Below are positions 24,935 through 37,699 of a DNA stretch of 64,000 bases, piece after piece. Below the pieces are notes generated by a model, which saw only the letters and a program-made list of their open reading frames with translations, searched no databases and was not told where the DNA came from. The position numbers and the translations under genes were made by a program. The stretch's first letter is position 1; each line of letters starts with the position of its first letter. The stretch is from Selaginella moellendorffii (Eukaryota; Plantae; Lycopodiophyta): the NCBI RefSeq assembly GCF_000143415.4, contig NW_003314273.1, positions 2,112,597 through 2,176,596 on the forward strand. Reading direction: 5' to 3'.

Positions 24935-27900
24935 TGTGAGGTCCAAATGTATGGCTACGATGTTATATACTAATATTAGCATAGTGGGATTTTAGTAGTT
25001 ATTAGATTGGTTTTAATCTGGACCACTCACTAATTAATATGTACATTTTCTGTATTCCCTTTCCATATTCCATACATTTACATTGGTGGAGGTGAAAAGC
25101 ACTTTTTATTGTCTTTAAAGAGTGCTTGGATTTAGGATTTTAGTTTAGATCTAATTTTTGTATTCTTTAAATCTAACTTTTTCCATTTCCTTTCTTTTAT
25201 TCTTTTCTTTCAGGATTTTTGTTTGGATCTAGCTTTTCCATTGTCTAGATTTCCCTTTCCTTCTAGTTTTTTTCTCATTTCTCTTTTTTTGCTTTTTCCT
25301 TTTCATTCATCTTCGTGGCAAAGTAGTAGTCTCATCCTCCTTTGATTCTAGAGTAGTAATTGGTACAATTGCTTGATACTATGTGATTGCAATTGAACAA
25401 ACAAACTTAGTTGATGGCGGCATTCACGATATGTGGTACAACTTCTCCTGCTCTTGGTGCCAATCCTCGCATCCAACTGAAGTTCTTTCATGGAAATCCT
25501 AAGGATGATGTATACTATTGATTCGATCATTTCATGGTGATTGCCACATATCATTCTTGGGATAATGTTTGACATTTGTATGAGTTTCCCATATGTCTTT
25601 AAAGGACAACACTACAGTGGTACAATAGTTTAAGCAACCACTCATGGGGATTGGAGTGTTCTTCCAAATGTCTTCAAACACACATTTGGATATACTGATG
25701 ATTGTGATGATGCTTTCCAACAATTGCATCATCTTTGTTAAAAGTCATCTGAGTCAGTGATGCAATTTGGCGTCTTTTTTGAAACCTCTTGCTTCATGTA
25801 GAGCCAAATATGTCAGAGTGGATCAAGTTAGGAATGTTGTGGCTAGCACTTTGTCAAGATTTTGTTGGACTTGTGCATGCACTTGTTTTAGCCACTCTTG
25901 ACAATGCTTTTCACTTGGCACAACATTATGAGACATCGCCTGTTCCACTTCTCATTGCACATCCTTCCATTCCATTTCTTGTGGGCGATGGTCTTGTTTC
26001 AATGGAAGTTGATGCTACTGTTGCTCAAGTCTAAGGACAAGGGCAAGGACATGGTCGTGGTTGTGACATTCACTACTGGGCATGTGATGAAGTTGGTTAT
26101 ACTTATTAGCGTTTGTCGGTATTTTCCAGACTAGTGACCTCCATTTCTTGGGTGTAGACCTTGGCGTTAACAACGTCCTGTTGGTGCTACTGTAGTGGAA
26201 GGTCTGGACACCGAGATGCATCTAGGAAACGAAGAGTCATGAGACTAATGGAGGGACCTTGCATGAATAAGTCAGTGACCCCTTTATATTTCTTTTGAGA
26301 GTATCATTACGGGGTTCACTTAGCACCAATTCATTAAGTGTTTACTTTCCAAATTCGTTTTTATAACAAGATGTCTCTTATTATTCTCTCCATGTTGGTT
26401 GAGGTTTGAGTTTATCTTGTATTGCTCGACCTGTTGCCACACATTGCCATTTACAGATATGTCGTATGGTGGAGCCAGTTTTCATTCTTTATAGTAACAA
26501 TTGTACACATGCATGTGCACGGGATGAGGCGGACCTGGTTGTGCATGTGGGCGACCTCAAGCTTGGATTGTAGTTATTGAGGGTGGTCCCGAGTCAAGCT
26601 TTTGACCTCATCCTTGGTATAGATTGGTTGCATCGTAATCATGCCAAGTGTGACTTTGAAGTTTTTCCCCCTTGTATTATACTTCCTTATATTTCATCTA
26701 TTCCTCTCACTTTCGTACCTCTTTGTCCCTCTTCTTCTACTTTTGTTTTGATTACTTTTGTCTCCCCACTATTTCCTTCTATGTTTCCATCTTGTTCTGC
26801 TCTTCCTTTTTCCAATCCCTTTGACAATCTTTGTATTGTAATAGTTGACCAGCTCATGAAAGAGTATGCCAACTTTTTTGAATTTGACCTATCATCTAGG
26901 GCCAAGATTGCCACATGCCATCCAATTCCAACTGGGGATGCTTGTCCAATCAAGGTTTCTGTTTGTTGTCGATCGCCCAAAGAGATCAAGATTTTACGTG
27001 CAAACGTCAAGAAGATGTTGGAAAAGGGTGTTATTCGAAAGTTGCAGAGTCCTTAGACATGTGAACTTAATTTTGTGATGAAGCCTGATGGGGGTATTCG
27101 TTTCTGTATTGACTATCATCCATCAAAAGAAGTGATGATCCCGGATATGTAACCTCTTCCTGACACTGTTGATCTTTTGGATCGTCTGGGGAGAAGTTGT
27201 TGGTTCACCAAGCTAGATCTTGCTTCTAGGTATTGGCAAGTACCGATGCCCAAAGAAGATATTCCTAAGACTGCTTTTCATACACCCTTTGGTTTGTATG
27301 AGTTTTTGGTGATGTTGTTTGGTTTGAACAATGCTCCAGCAATTTTCTAGCAAATGATGGACAAGGTTCTTTGCAATATGCCAAAGATGACTGTTGACTT
27401 CATTAATGATATCTTAATCCACTCAGAAGGGATATGGGAGGAACACATCTGTGATGTTTGTAAAGTGTTAGATCAGTTACGGGACGTGAGTTTAAAGTTG
27501 AAGCAGTCGAAGTGCGTGTTTGGGTCTAAGGACACGATTTATCTTGGGTACCGTATTTCTCGTGAGGGTTTGCAAGTTGATCATGACAAACTTGTGGCTA
27601 TTCTAAAGTTCTCTACTCTAAAGAATGTGAATGATATGCAACGATTCCTAGGCAAGGTGCAATATCTCGGTCATGTTGTGGATCATCTTTTTTATCACAC
27701 TGCACTGTTGTGAGCGTTGCTAAAGTCATTAACGTCATCTTTCATTTGGTCTCTAAATTGTGAGTGGGTGTTCATGGATCTCAAAGAGCTTTTGACAACT
27801 CCTCCAGTGTTAGCATATCTTAACTACACTTGACCTTTCATTTTGTATGTGGATGCTTCTGATATTGATCTTAAAGGTGTGTTGATGCAAGAAAGCCCGA

Positions 27901-29163
27901 GTGTGTTTGGTTAGTGCCATCCTATTATATATATAAGTTATACATTACAACCATTCTATATGGTTCTTAGATATTACTATAAGGTGATCATGCTGCCGTT
28001 ACTTCATTTTTGAAATGGAAGAACCCGGTTGGTTGTACTGCTCAGTGGGCTTTGAAGCTTAAGATATATGATTTTGATATTGTTCATCGCCTAGGAGTTC
28101 TATAGCTGATGTTGATACCCTTTCTCGAGCTCTTCCTCCTTCTTTGCTCTCTTCTCATATTTCTGATGAGCCTATTGTTCTAGCATCTGTAAATTTTCTA
28201 GATGAAGATTTTGTGCCATCAATGGTTGCTGTACTTAATATTTAGTATTCACAAGGTGCAACGCAGAACCTACTTTCTCTTGATGAAGTTCGTGAGGCTT
28301 AAAAGATTGAGTTGTGGATTCAAAGGTCTCAATAAGGGTTTGAAAATCATGTATCGCTTGTTGATAACTTGCCATTTTAGCATTTACATTCTCAATATCG
28401 CTTTGAAGACGGCCTTCTTTATTTTGTGGGAACGGATCATGGTGCCTTCAATCTTTATTCCACAGTTTCTCCATGTTTACTATGATTCTCTTGTTCTAAG
28501 TGGGCATATGGGACATCATCGTGTGACCAAGAAGTTGCATAAGTCTTTCTATTAGCCAAAGATGCAACACGATGTTATCCAGTATATGCGTAATTGTGTT
28601 TAGTGTCAAACTTGTAATACTCCCCCTCATGCTACGAAAGGACAGTTGGAGTCAATTACAATTTCCTGTCTATTTGAGTTGGTGGCATTTGATTTTATAG
28701 GACCTTTTCCATGATCTAAAGCTAGTAGGCAATGAGTATATTATTATTGTTTTTGACTATTTGATTCGTTAGGTGGAAGTTGGTGCTCTTGCTAGTGCCT
28801 CTGCAACTGTTGTTGGATACTTCCTCCTCAATCGAGTGGTGTTCCAGCATTCTTGTCCAAAGCGGATTCTTTGGATAATGGTCCNNNNNNNNNNNNNNNN
28901 NNNNNNNNNNNNNNNNNNNNNNNNNNNNNNNNNNNNNNNNNNNNNNNNNNNNNNNNNNNNNNNNNNNNNNNNNNNNNNNNNNNNTGATCCATATTATTAA
29001 CGGAGCTGAGTTTACCTTCGCAATTGCCACGAGCTACCGATGCTAGATCGTGGGATTAGTATTTGACGAGCATTCTTCCACTTGTTCAAGCGGAGTCTAC
29101 CGAACACTTAGACCACGTACAAGTGGGACAACAACGGCGCTACAACTCCCATCATTGTCCACC
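24935..29163 (+). mobile_element. Heavily decayed, 3'-truncated Ty3/Gypsy LTR retrotransposon (copy A)
   Basis: 5' LTR TG...CA at 24935-25082 and PBS TGGTGGAGGTGA. Remnants of gag, PR (ILGIDWL), RT (KLDLASRYWQVP, FINDILIHS), RNase H and integrase run colinear with copy B. Ends abruptly at the satellite. Confidence 0.9.
28885..28984. other. Assembly gap (100 N)
   Basis: Run of n characters. Confidence 0.99.
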
Positions 29164-29231
29164 TACATATATATACATACATACATACATACATACATAC
29201 ATACACATACATACATACATACATACATACA

Positions 29232-29267
<36 letters not shown>

Positions 29268-29506
29268 CATACATACATACATACATACATATACATATAC
29301 ATATACATACATACATACATACATATATATATACACATATACATATACATATACATATATATACATACATATATACATATATATATACATACATATACAT
29401 ATATACATATACATATATACATATACATATATATATATATATACATATATACATATACATATATATATACATATACATATATATACATATATATATACAT
29501 ATATAC

Positions 29507-29552
<46 letters not shown>

Positions 29553-29777
29553 ATATACATATACATATATATACATATATACATATACATATATATACAT
29601 ATATACATATACATATATACATATATACGTATATATATACATATATACATATATATATATACATATACATACATATACATATGTATATACATATACATAC
29701 ATATACATATGTATATACATATACATACATATACATATATACATATATATATATATGTATATACATATATATATGTA
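29164..29777. repeat. ~610-bp compound (TACA)n/(TATACA)n/(TA)n microsatellite
   Basis: Direct reading. It produces the spurious Y/I/H/T-rich ORFs in the track. Confidence 0.97.
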
Positions 29778-29952
29778 TGTGAGTGCTTGGAATATGGAAA
29801 AAGAATACAAAAATGTGCATATCAATTAGCCCAAAAACCCTAGCTTATATACAGAAGCGAGTGGTCCAAATTGAAACCAATCCGACGGCTACCAAAATCC
29901 CACTATGCTAATATTAGTATACGGCATCGTAACCGTACACTTGGCCCTCACA
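29778..29952 (-). repeat. 3' LTR of Gypsy copy B
   Basis: TGTGAG...CTCACA. Nine differences from the 5' LTR by manual count, all transitions. Confidence 0.95.
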
Positions 29953-32900
29953 TCATCCCCTCCTCTTGGGATAATGGAAGACCATCAGGGTTCTCTTGAA
30001 GATGGGCCGGGATCCAGAGGAACGTCAGGAGGAGGCATCGGTGGATCTGTAGGTGGTATTAACTCCTCCTGATCCCTTTGTATGAAGTGTTTCAGCCGCT
30101 GCACATGCACGATCTCTGGAGAATCGGCCTGCTGAATGTCATGCCGAACCTCATAAACTTGTGGTCCAACTTGCCGCAACACCCGATACGGTCTTTTCCA
30201 TTGCGCAAAATTTCCATATCCCCTTAGATAAACCACATACCGTAAGATGGGGAAAATGGACTAACACCAAATCATCCACTTTGTACTCCGCAAGTGGACA
30301 ATGATAGGAGTTGTAGCGCCGTTGTTGTCCCACTTGTACGCGGCCTAAGTGTTCGGCAAACTCTGCTCGAACAAGTGGAAGAATGCTCGTTAAATACTAA
30401 TCCCATGATCTAACATCGGCAGCACGTGGCAATCGCAAAGGTAAACCCAGCTCCATTGGTAATATTGGATCATAACCATATAGGAGTTTATATGGTGAAG
30501 CACCAACAGAACTCTGCACCCCTGTAACATATGCATACCGAAGAGATGGCAAATAACCATCCCAATCCGAATGCTGAAAGTTCACATACTTCGCAATCAT
30601 CCCTTTGAATGTCCGAACAAGCCGTTCCACCAGACCGTCTGATTGTGGATGATAAGCACTCGTGAAAGTGTGGCATATCCCCAATCAAAACGTCAAAACA
30701 TGAAATGCCTCAGCCATAAATGCAGGACCATTATCCGAAAAAAATCCCCACTGGACAAGAATGCTGGAACACCACTCGATTGAGGAGGAAGTATCCAACA
30801 GCAGTTGCAGAGGTGCCAGCAAGAGCACTAACTTCCACCCAACAAGTTAAGTAGTCAGAAGCAATAATAACATACTCATTGCTAGTAGTCGACCGTGGAA
30901 AAGGTCCCATAAGATCAAACGCCACTAACTCAAACGGACGGGAAACTACAATTGACTCCAACCGTCCTTCTGCAGCACGAGGGGGAGTATTACGAGTTTG
31001 GCACCAAACACAGCTACGCACATACTGAATAATATCATGTCGCATTTCCGGCCAATAGAAAGACCTGCGCAGCTTTTCGGTGACACGACGGTGTTCCATA
31101 TGCCCACCTAGAACAGAAGAATCATGGTAGGCATGGAGAAACCACGGAATAAACACCGAAGGCACCACCAGCCGTAAATGATCATCAGGATCCGTCCCCA
31201 CAAAATAAAGAAGGCCATATTCAAGACGATATTGAGACTGTAAATGCCGGAAAGGTAAGTCATCAGCAAGTGATGCAGGATTCTTAAACCCATCTCGAAG
31301 CCTTCGAATTCACGGCTCAATCTTTTGAGCCTCGCGAACCTTATCAAGAGAAGGTAGATCTTGCTCTGCCCCCTGTGGACACTGAACGTCAAGGACAGCA
31401 ACCACCGACGGCACAGAATCCTCATCTAGAAAATCCACAAATGCTGGAATAATAGGTTTGTCAGAAACATGAGAAGTGAGTGGAGAAGGAAGAGGAGCTC
31501 GAGAAAGGGCATCAGCATCAGCCATAGAACTCCCTGAGCAATGAACAACATCGAAATCATATATTTGAAGCTTCAAAGCCCATCGAGCCGTACGACCAAC
31601 CAGGTTCTTCCGTTTCAATAATGAAGTAACAGCAGCATGGTCACCTTTAAGTAATGTCCGAGAACCATGTAGATATGTATGAAGTTTCTCGAAACCCCAG
31701 ACTGCTGCTAAACACTCCTTCTCTGTCGTGGAGTAGTTCATCTTTGCTGGTTGTAATGTACGGCTTATGTATGCAATGGGATGGTGCTGACCAAGCACAC
31801 TAGAGCTCTCTTGCATCAACACACCTCCAAGACCAATGTCAGAAGCATCCATGCGCAAAATAAAAGGTCGAGTGTAGTCAGGATACGTCAATAGCTTAAT
31901 AGCTCTTTGAGATCCACGAACACCCACTCACAATCCGGAGATCAGATGAAAGATGACGTTGATGACTTCAGCAACGTTCGCAATGGTGTAGTGCGATCGA
32001 AAAGATGATCCACAAAACAACCAAGATACTGCACCTTACCCAAAAAGCATTGCACATCATTCACACATTTCGGAGTATGGAACTTTAGAATAGCCACAAG
32101 TTTGTCATGATCAACTTGCAAACCCTCACGAGAAATATGGTACCCAAGATAAGTTGTGTCCTTGGACCCAAACACGCACTTTGACCGCTTCAACTTTAAA
32201 CTCACATCCCGTAACTGATCCAACACTTTACAAACATCACAGATGTGTTCCTCCCATGTCCCTTTTGAGTGGATTAAGACATCATTAATGAAGTCAACAG
32301 TCACCTCTGGCATATCGCAAAGAACCTCGTCCATCATCCGCTGGAAAGTTGCTAGAGCATTGTTCAAACCAAACAGCATCACCAAAAACTCATACAAACC
32401 AAATGGTGTACGAAAAGTAGTCTTAGGAATATCTTCTTCGGCCATCGATACTTGCCAATACCCAGAAGCAAGATCTAGCTTGGTGAACCAACGACTTCAC
32501 CCCAGACGATCCAAGAGATCAGCAGTGTGAGGAAGAGGATACACATCTGGGATCGTCACTTTGTTTAACGGACGATAGTCGATGCAGAAACGAATACTCC
32601 CATCAGGTTTCGTCACAAGATGAGGTTCACATGCCCAAGGACTCCGCGACTTCCGAATAACACCCTTCTCTAGCATTTCCTTAACGTTTGCTCGTAAAAT
32701 CTTGATCTCCTTATGTGACTAACGACGAACATAAACCTTGATTAGACAAGCATCCCCGGTTGGAATCGGATGACATGTGGCAATCTTGGCCCCAGACGAT
32801 AGGTCAAATTCAAAGAGATCAGAATACTCCTTCATGAGCCAGTCAACTACTACAACACAAAGATCGTCGGAGGGATCGGAAAAGGGAAAAGCAAAACAAG

Positions 32901-34612
32901 ATGGAAACACAGAAGGAAAGAGTGGGGGAACAAAAGTAATGGAAGCAGAAGTAAAAGTAAAAGGACAAAGAGGTATGGAAGTGAGAGGAATAGATGAAAC
33001 ATAAGGAAGTATGAAATAAGGGGGACAAGCCTCAAAGTCATACTTGGCATGATTGCGCTACAACCAATCCATACCAAGAATGAAGTCAAAATCTTGACTC
33101 GGCACCACCCGCAACGACTGCAGCTCAAGCTCGAGATCGCCCACACGCACAACCAGGTCCACCTCATCCCGTGCATATGCATGTGTACGGCCGTTGCCAT
33201 AAAGAATGAAAACTGGTTCTGCCACATGACGCAAGTGTAGACGACAACGTGTGGCAACAGGTCGAGCAATAGAAGATAAACTCGAACCTGTATCAACCAA
33301 CACGGAGAGAATAATAGGAGACCTCTTGTTATAAAAACGAGCTTGGAAAGTAAACACTGGATGAACTGGTGCCGAGTGAACCCCGTGATGATACTCCCGA
33401 AAGAAAGATGGAGGGGTCACTGATTTATTCGCGCAAGGTCCCTCCGTTACTCGCGCGACTCCTCGTTTCCCGGATGCATCTCGATGTCCAGACCTTCCAC
33501 TGCAGCAGCACCCACGGGACGTTGCTGACGCCAAGGTCTCCACCCAGGAAATGGAGGTCGCCAATCCGGAAAACGACGGCAACACCGATAAATATGACCA
33601 ACTTCATCACACGCCCAGCAGCAAACATCACGGCCACGACCACGTCCTCGCGCTTGTCCTTGGACTCAAGCAGCAGCAGCATCAACCTCCATTGGAACAG
33701 GACCATCACCCATAGGAAGTGGAGCGAAAGGATGTGCAGCGAAAAGTGGAAGAGGCGACATTTCATAACGTTGTGCTAAGCGAAGAGCATCATCAAGGGT
33801 GGCAAGAGCAAGTGCATGCATAAGGCCGACAAGATCTTGACGAAGTGCTGGCCACAACATTCCTAGCTTGATCCGCTCCAACATATTTGGCTCCGCACGA
33901 AGCAAAAAACTTCGGAAACGAACGCCAAATTGCATCACCGACTCAGATGGCCCTTGGCGAAGACGATGCAATTGTTGGAAAGCATCATCACAATCATCGA
34001 CATGTCCGAAGATGCGTTTGAAGACGTCTGGGAGAACACTCCAATCCCCACGAGTGGCTGCGCTCAAACCATTGTACCACTGCAACGCCGTCCCTTGGAG
34101 ACATGTGGGAAATTCACGCAACTGTCGAGCATCATCCCAAGAATGATATGTGGCAATCACCGTGAAGTGATCGAACCAATGGTACACATCATCCCCAGGA
34201 TTCCCGCGAAAGAACTCTGGCCGAACACGAGGATTAGCACCAAGAGCAGAAGGAGTTGTACCACGTGCCGTGAACACTGCCATCAACTGAGTTTGGTTGT
34301 TCAATTGCAAGCACATAGCATCAAGCAATTGTACCAACTGCTGCTCTAGAGTCAAAGAAGGAGATTGTTGATCTACCATAAAGATGAACGAAAAAAAAAG
34401 AGCAAAAGAAGAGAAATGACAAAAAGCTATAAGGAAATGGTAGATCTAGACAACGCAAAAAGCTAAATCTAAACCAAAACCCTGAAAAGAAAGAACAAAA
34501 AAAAGGAAATGGAAAAAGTTAGATCTAAACGATACAAAAGTTAGATCTAAACCAAAATCCCAAATCCAAGCACTCCTCAGGGACAATCAAAGGTGCCCCT
34601 CACCTCCACCAA

Positions 34613-34787
34613 TGTGAGTGTTTGGAATATGAAAAGGGAATACAGAAATGTGCATATCAATTAGCCCAAAAACCCTAGCTTATATACAGGAGCGAGTGGT
34701 CCAGATTGAAACCAATCCGACGGCTACCAAAATCCCACTACGCTAATATTAGTATACGGCATTGTAACCGTACACTTGGCCCTCACA
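34613..34787 (-). repeat. 5' LTR of Gypsy copy B
   Basis: TGTGAG...CTCACA. On the minus strand it is followed by TTGGTGGAGGTGAGGGG (PBS). Confidence 0.95.
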
Positions 34788-34862
34788 CATATATATACAT
34801 ATACATATACATACATATATATATATATATACATACATGTATATATATATGTATATATACAT
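34788..34862. repeat. TA/TACA microsatellite abutting the 5' LTR
   Basis: Direct reading. Confidence 0.9.
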
Positions 34863-34919
34863 CCTAAAATAGTAGATTGGATGAATATTTTTTGTTTGCT
34901 TAGTGAGGTGGTAGTGGAT

Positions 34920-35412
34920 ATACCTAGAATATGCTTCAATATTCTAGGATCTTCCACAATCTAACGGTTGTTATTCATTTAGATTAATATTGTATTTATA
35001 ATTTATAAAACTTCCTAAATACTTTCTAGTATATTCTATTTTATTCTAGCTGATATAAGAGTAATCTTATGGTTATACATGTTTACAATTATAAACTTCC
35101 ATTTGATCAATTAGATTAATAACATTACTATTAAAAAAACCAAGCATTGTTGCATGCAATGAGTAGCAAATTATTCAAATTTAGAGAGATTTAGAAATTA
35201 AAAAGTTTAAGTGATATTGAACACATTTGCTATACATTTTATGCAGCAATTCTTACTTTGCTTAATAGTAGTGTCATTCCTATTTATTAATCTAATTTAT
35301 CAAATGGAAGTTTATAATTTATAAATACAAGATTAATCTCATTAGATATCAAGATGAATAAATGAATAATAACTGTTAACATATTTTAAAATATTCAAAA
35401 ATATTCTAAGCT
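34920..35412. mobile_element. AT-rich foldback/MITE-like element (long imperfect palindrome centred near 35195)
   Basis: AATTATAAACTTCCATTTGATCAATTAGATTAATAA (~35087) pairs with TTATTAATCTAATTTATCAAATGGAAGTTTATAATT (~35284). Further matching arms at ~35142/35215 and ~34962/35358. Confidence 0.75.
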
Positions 35413-35914
35413 TAAAAAAACCTAAAAATTAGAACTAATTTATCATGTCAAATGAAAACTTGTTATGTATATAAAATCAGTAAAGGAAAGGTAGAGGGTC
35501 TGGTGAAGTTTCTGCCTGCTCCATGATGTTATCTCAGAGCATTGAGCATATACAGCAGCGAGGTCAATTTTCCAGACAACAATCCAGAGGCGCCCACAGC
35601 CGCGAGCAAGCCACTGTGTGGCGGTGTGTGGCAAGGGCATCGAGCAAGAGGCTATGGAGATTGCGAAGAAGCTGTAGAGATACATTTTTTTACAAGCGGA
35701 GGAAGATTGTGGAATCATTCCGATCACGAGCCACAGATATTTGTGGAAGGATATTCTCGTGGGCATGAAATTAGCGGAGTAAATATTTTCCTGAATAGAT
35801 ATTGACAATGATTCCTCTCAAAGTCAAAATTTACGTATAGTTACGTAAGATCAAAGCTGCAACAGTTTGTATAGAAGTGATTCATTGAGCGAGGAAGTTT
35901 CGACTCCCAGGCTC

Positions 35915-37475
35915 ATGGGAATCACTATAGCGATCCTCGTGTGCTTGCTCGCGACCGCGGCGATCATCAAGTCACTGCTCGCAGGGAGATCGTCCAGACT
36001 CCCGCCCGGTCCAATCTCCTTCCCGGTGGTGGGATCTTTGCTCTCGCTCCGCCAGCCCCTCCACCGCCACTTCGCGCGCCTGGCCGATCGCTACGGCCCC
36101 ATCGTCTTCCTCAAGATCGGCATGGTTCCATACGTTATCGCCAACACCGCTCGCGCCGCCGAGTTCTTCCTCAAGATCCACGACGCCGAGTTCGCCAACC
36201 GCCCCCAGTCGGAGGAGTTCTTCCGGATCTTCAGCTTCGGCTGGAGCGACCTGGCCTTCCGCTCACCGGGGCCCGAGTGGAAGCTCATGCGCAAGATCTG
36301 CGCCACGAACCTCTTCAGCAACGCTATGCTCGCCACCAGCGCCCCCTACCGGCGATCGCAGCTCCAGTCCGCCATGGACGCCATCCTCGATCGATCACGG
36401 GGCGGCGAGCCCGTGAACTTGCGGACCCTCTTCGCCCGATACACGTCGGGGTCGCTGTGCCTGACGCTCTTCAGCGAGGAGTGTCCCGAGGTGGTGGAGA
36501 CGATCAACAACATGGCCGGGCAGGCGATCAACCTCAACATCGGCGAGATCATCCCGTCGCTCGACTGGATGGATCTCCACGGCGTCTACGCCAAGATGAG
36601 AGGCGAGATCATGCCCCGGATCAAGGCGCTGCTCGACGATCAAGTCCGGGAGCACCAGGAGCGCAAGAAGGCGGCGGGCGATGGGTTTGTCTGCCGCGAC
36701 TTTGTGGACGTTCTCATCTCCCTGGACGAGAGTGACAAGCTCTCGGACCAAGAGATCATCGGCCTCCTGTGTGTAAGTGATCACCATCCTTCTCGATCCT
36801 CTTCTCTGCGATATGACGATCGATCGAACTTTCTTCCAGGATATGGTGGGTGCCGGATTCAAAACCTCCATGGAGTCGATCGAGTGGTGCATGGCAGAAG
36901 TGATCAGTAAACCCGAGATCATGCGCAAGGCCCAAGAAGAACTGGATCAAATCATCGGGAGGGAGCGCGCGGTGGAAGAACACGATCTTCAAAACCTTCC
37001 ATTCATCCAGGCGATCCTCAAGGAGGCCCTCCGCCTCCACCCGGCGGTGCCCCTGGGAATGCCCCACTACAACCTCCGCCCCGTGGAGCTCGGCGATGGC
37101 CATGGCACCATAATCCCCGCCAAATGCAAACTCCTCGTCAATCTCTGGGCGGCGAACCGCGATCCAGCGCACTGGACAAGCCCCCACGAATTCCAGCCCG
37201 AGCGATTCCTGGGGACCAACATCTCGCCCGGGGGGCAGCACTTCCAGATCATCCCATTCTCCGCCGGGAGGAGGATGTGCGCTGGGTATGGCCTTGCCAT
37301 GCGCTCCCTCTTCTTCCTCCTCGCCAGCCTGCTACACGGATTCATCTGGAGCGAGATCTCGGACAATCCCATCGTACTGGAGGAATCGATCGGAACCATT
37401 TCGTGCCCACCTGCGAAGGACCTGATCGTCGCGGCGTCGCCCAGGATCGAGGAGCGAATTCTCGCTCAGTACTAA
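35915..37475 (+). CDS. Cytochrome P450 (A-type/CYP71-clan-like), 2 exons
   Basis: TM anchor, LPPGP hinge, WxxxR (WKLMRK), KEALR (ExxR), PERF and FSAGRRMCAG heme motif. Single intron at ~36773-36839, at the typical A-type position. Confidence 0.95.
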
Positions 37476-37699
37476 GAACCCTAATCTGGCAAGAGAATAT
37501 TCTGGCAAAAGCAATGGATATTCTAGTGTATCAAAGGGGTTTATCGAGGGTTTGATCCAAATGCTCTCGAATCAATGTCCGGTGCTCTGCGAAGATCAGC
37601 TCCTCGGTGCCTCCATTCTCAGCGGTGAGATTTCCTGGAGAAATTCTCGAAATATTTGGAGCTTGTAGCCACCCCCGCCTTCTTCCTTGCTCCTCCAGC

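Larger units (their letters stand above)
29778..34787 (-). mobile_element. Full-length but inactivated Ty3/Gypsy LTR retrotransposon (copy B, ~5.0 kb)
   Basis: Two 175-bp TG...CA LTRs, a PBS next to the 5' LTR and a PPT (AGAGGAGGGGATGA) next to the 3' LTR. Order is gag-PR (LVDTGSS)-RT (KTTFRTPFGLYEF, FINDVL)-RNase H (DASDIGLG, NYSTTEKECLA)-INT (HHCC, AYHPQSDGLVER). Several stops and frameshifts. Confidence 0.96.

Noticed and set aside
29050-29829. Five long ORFs rich in Y/I/H/T or M/Y/V/C
   Set aside because: Translations of the TA/TACA microsatellite; the same applies at 8180, 34724 and 47160.
33666-33668. Programmed stop-codon readthrough between gag and pol
   Set aside because: The sister copy has a sense codon (CAA) here, so the TGA is better explained by mutation.
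35443-35808. GC-richer patch with short ORFs upstream of the P450
   Set aside because: The most protein-like frame has internal stops and no recognisable motif; cannot be assigned.
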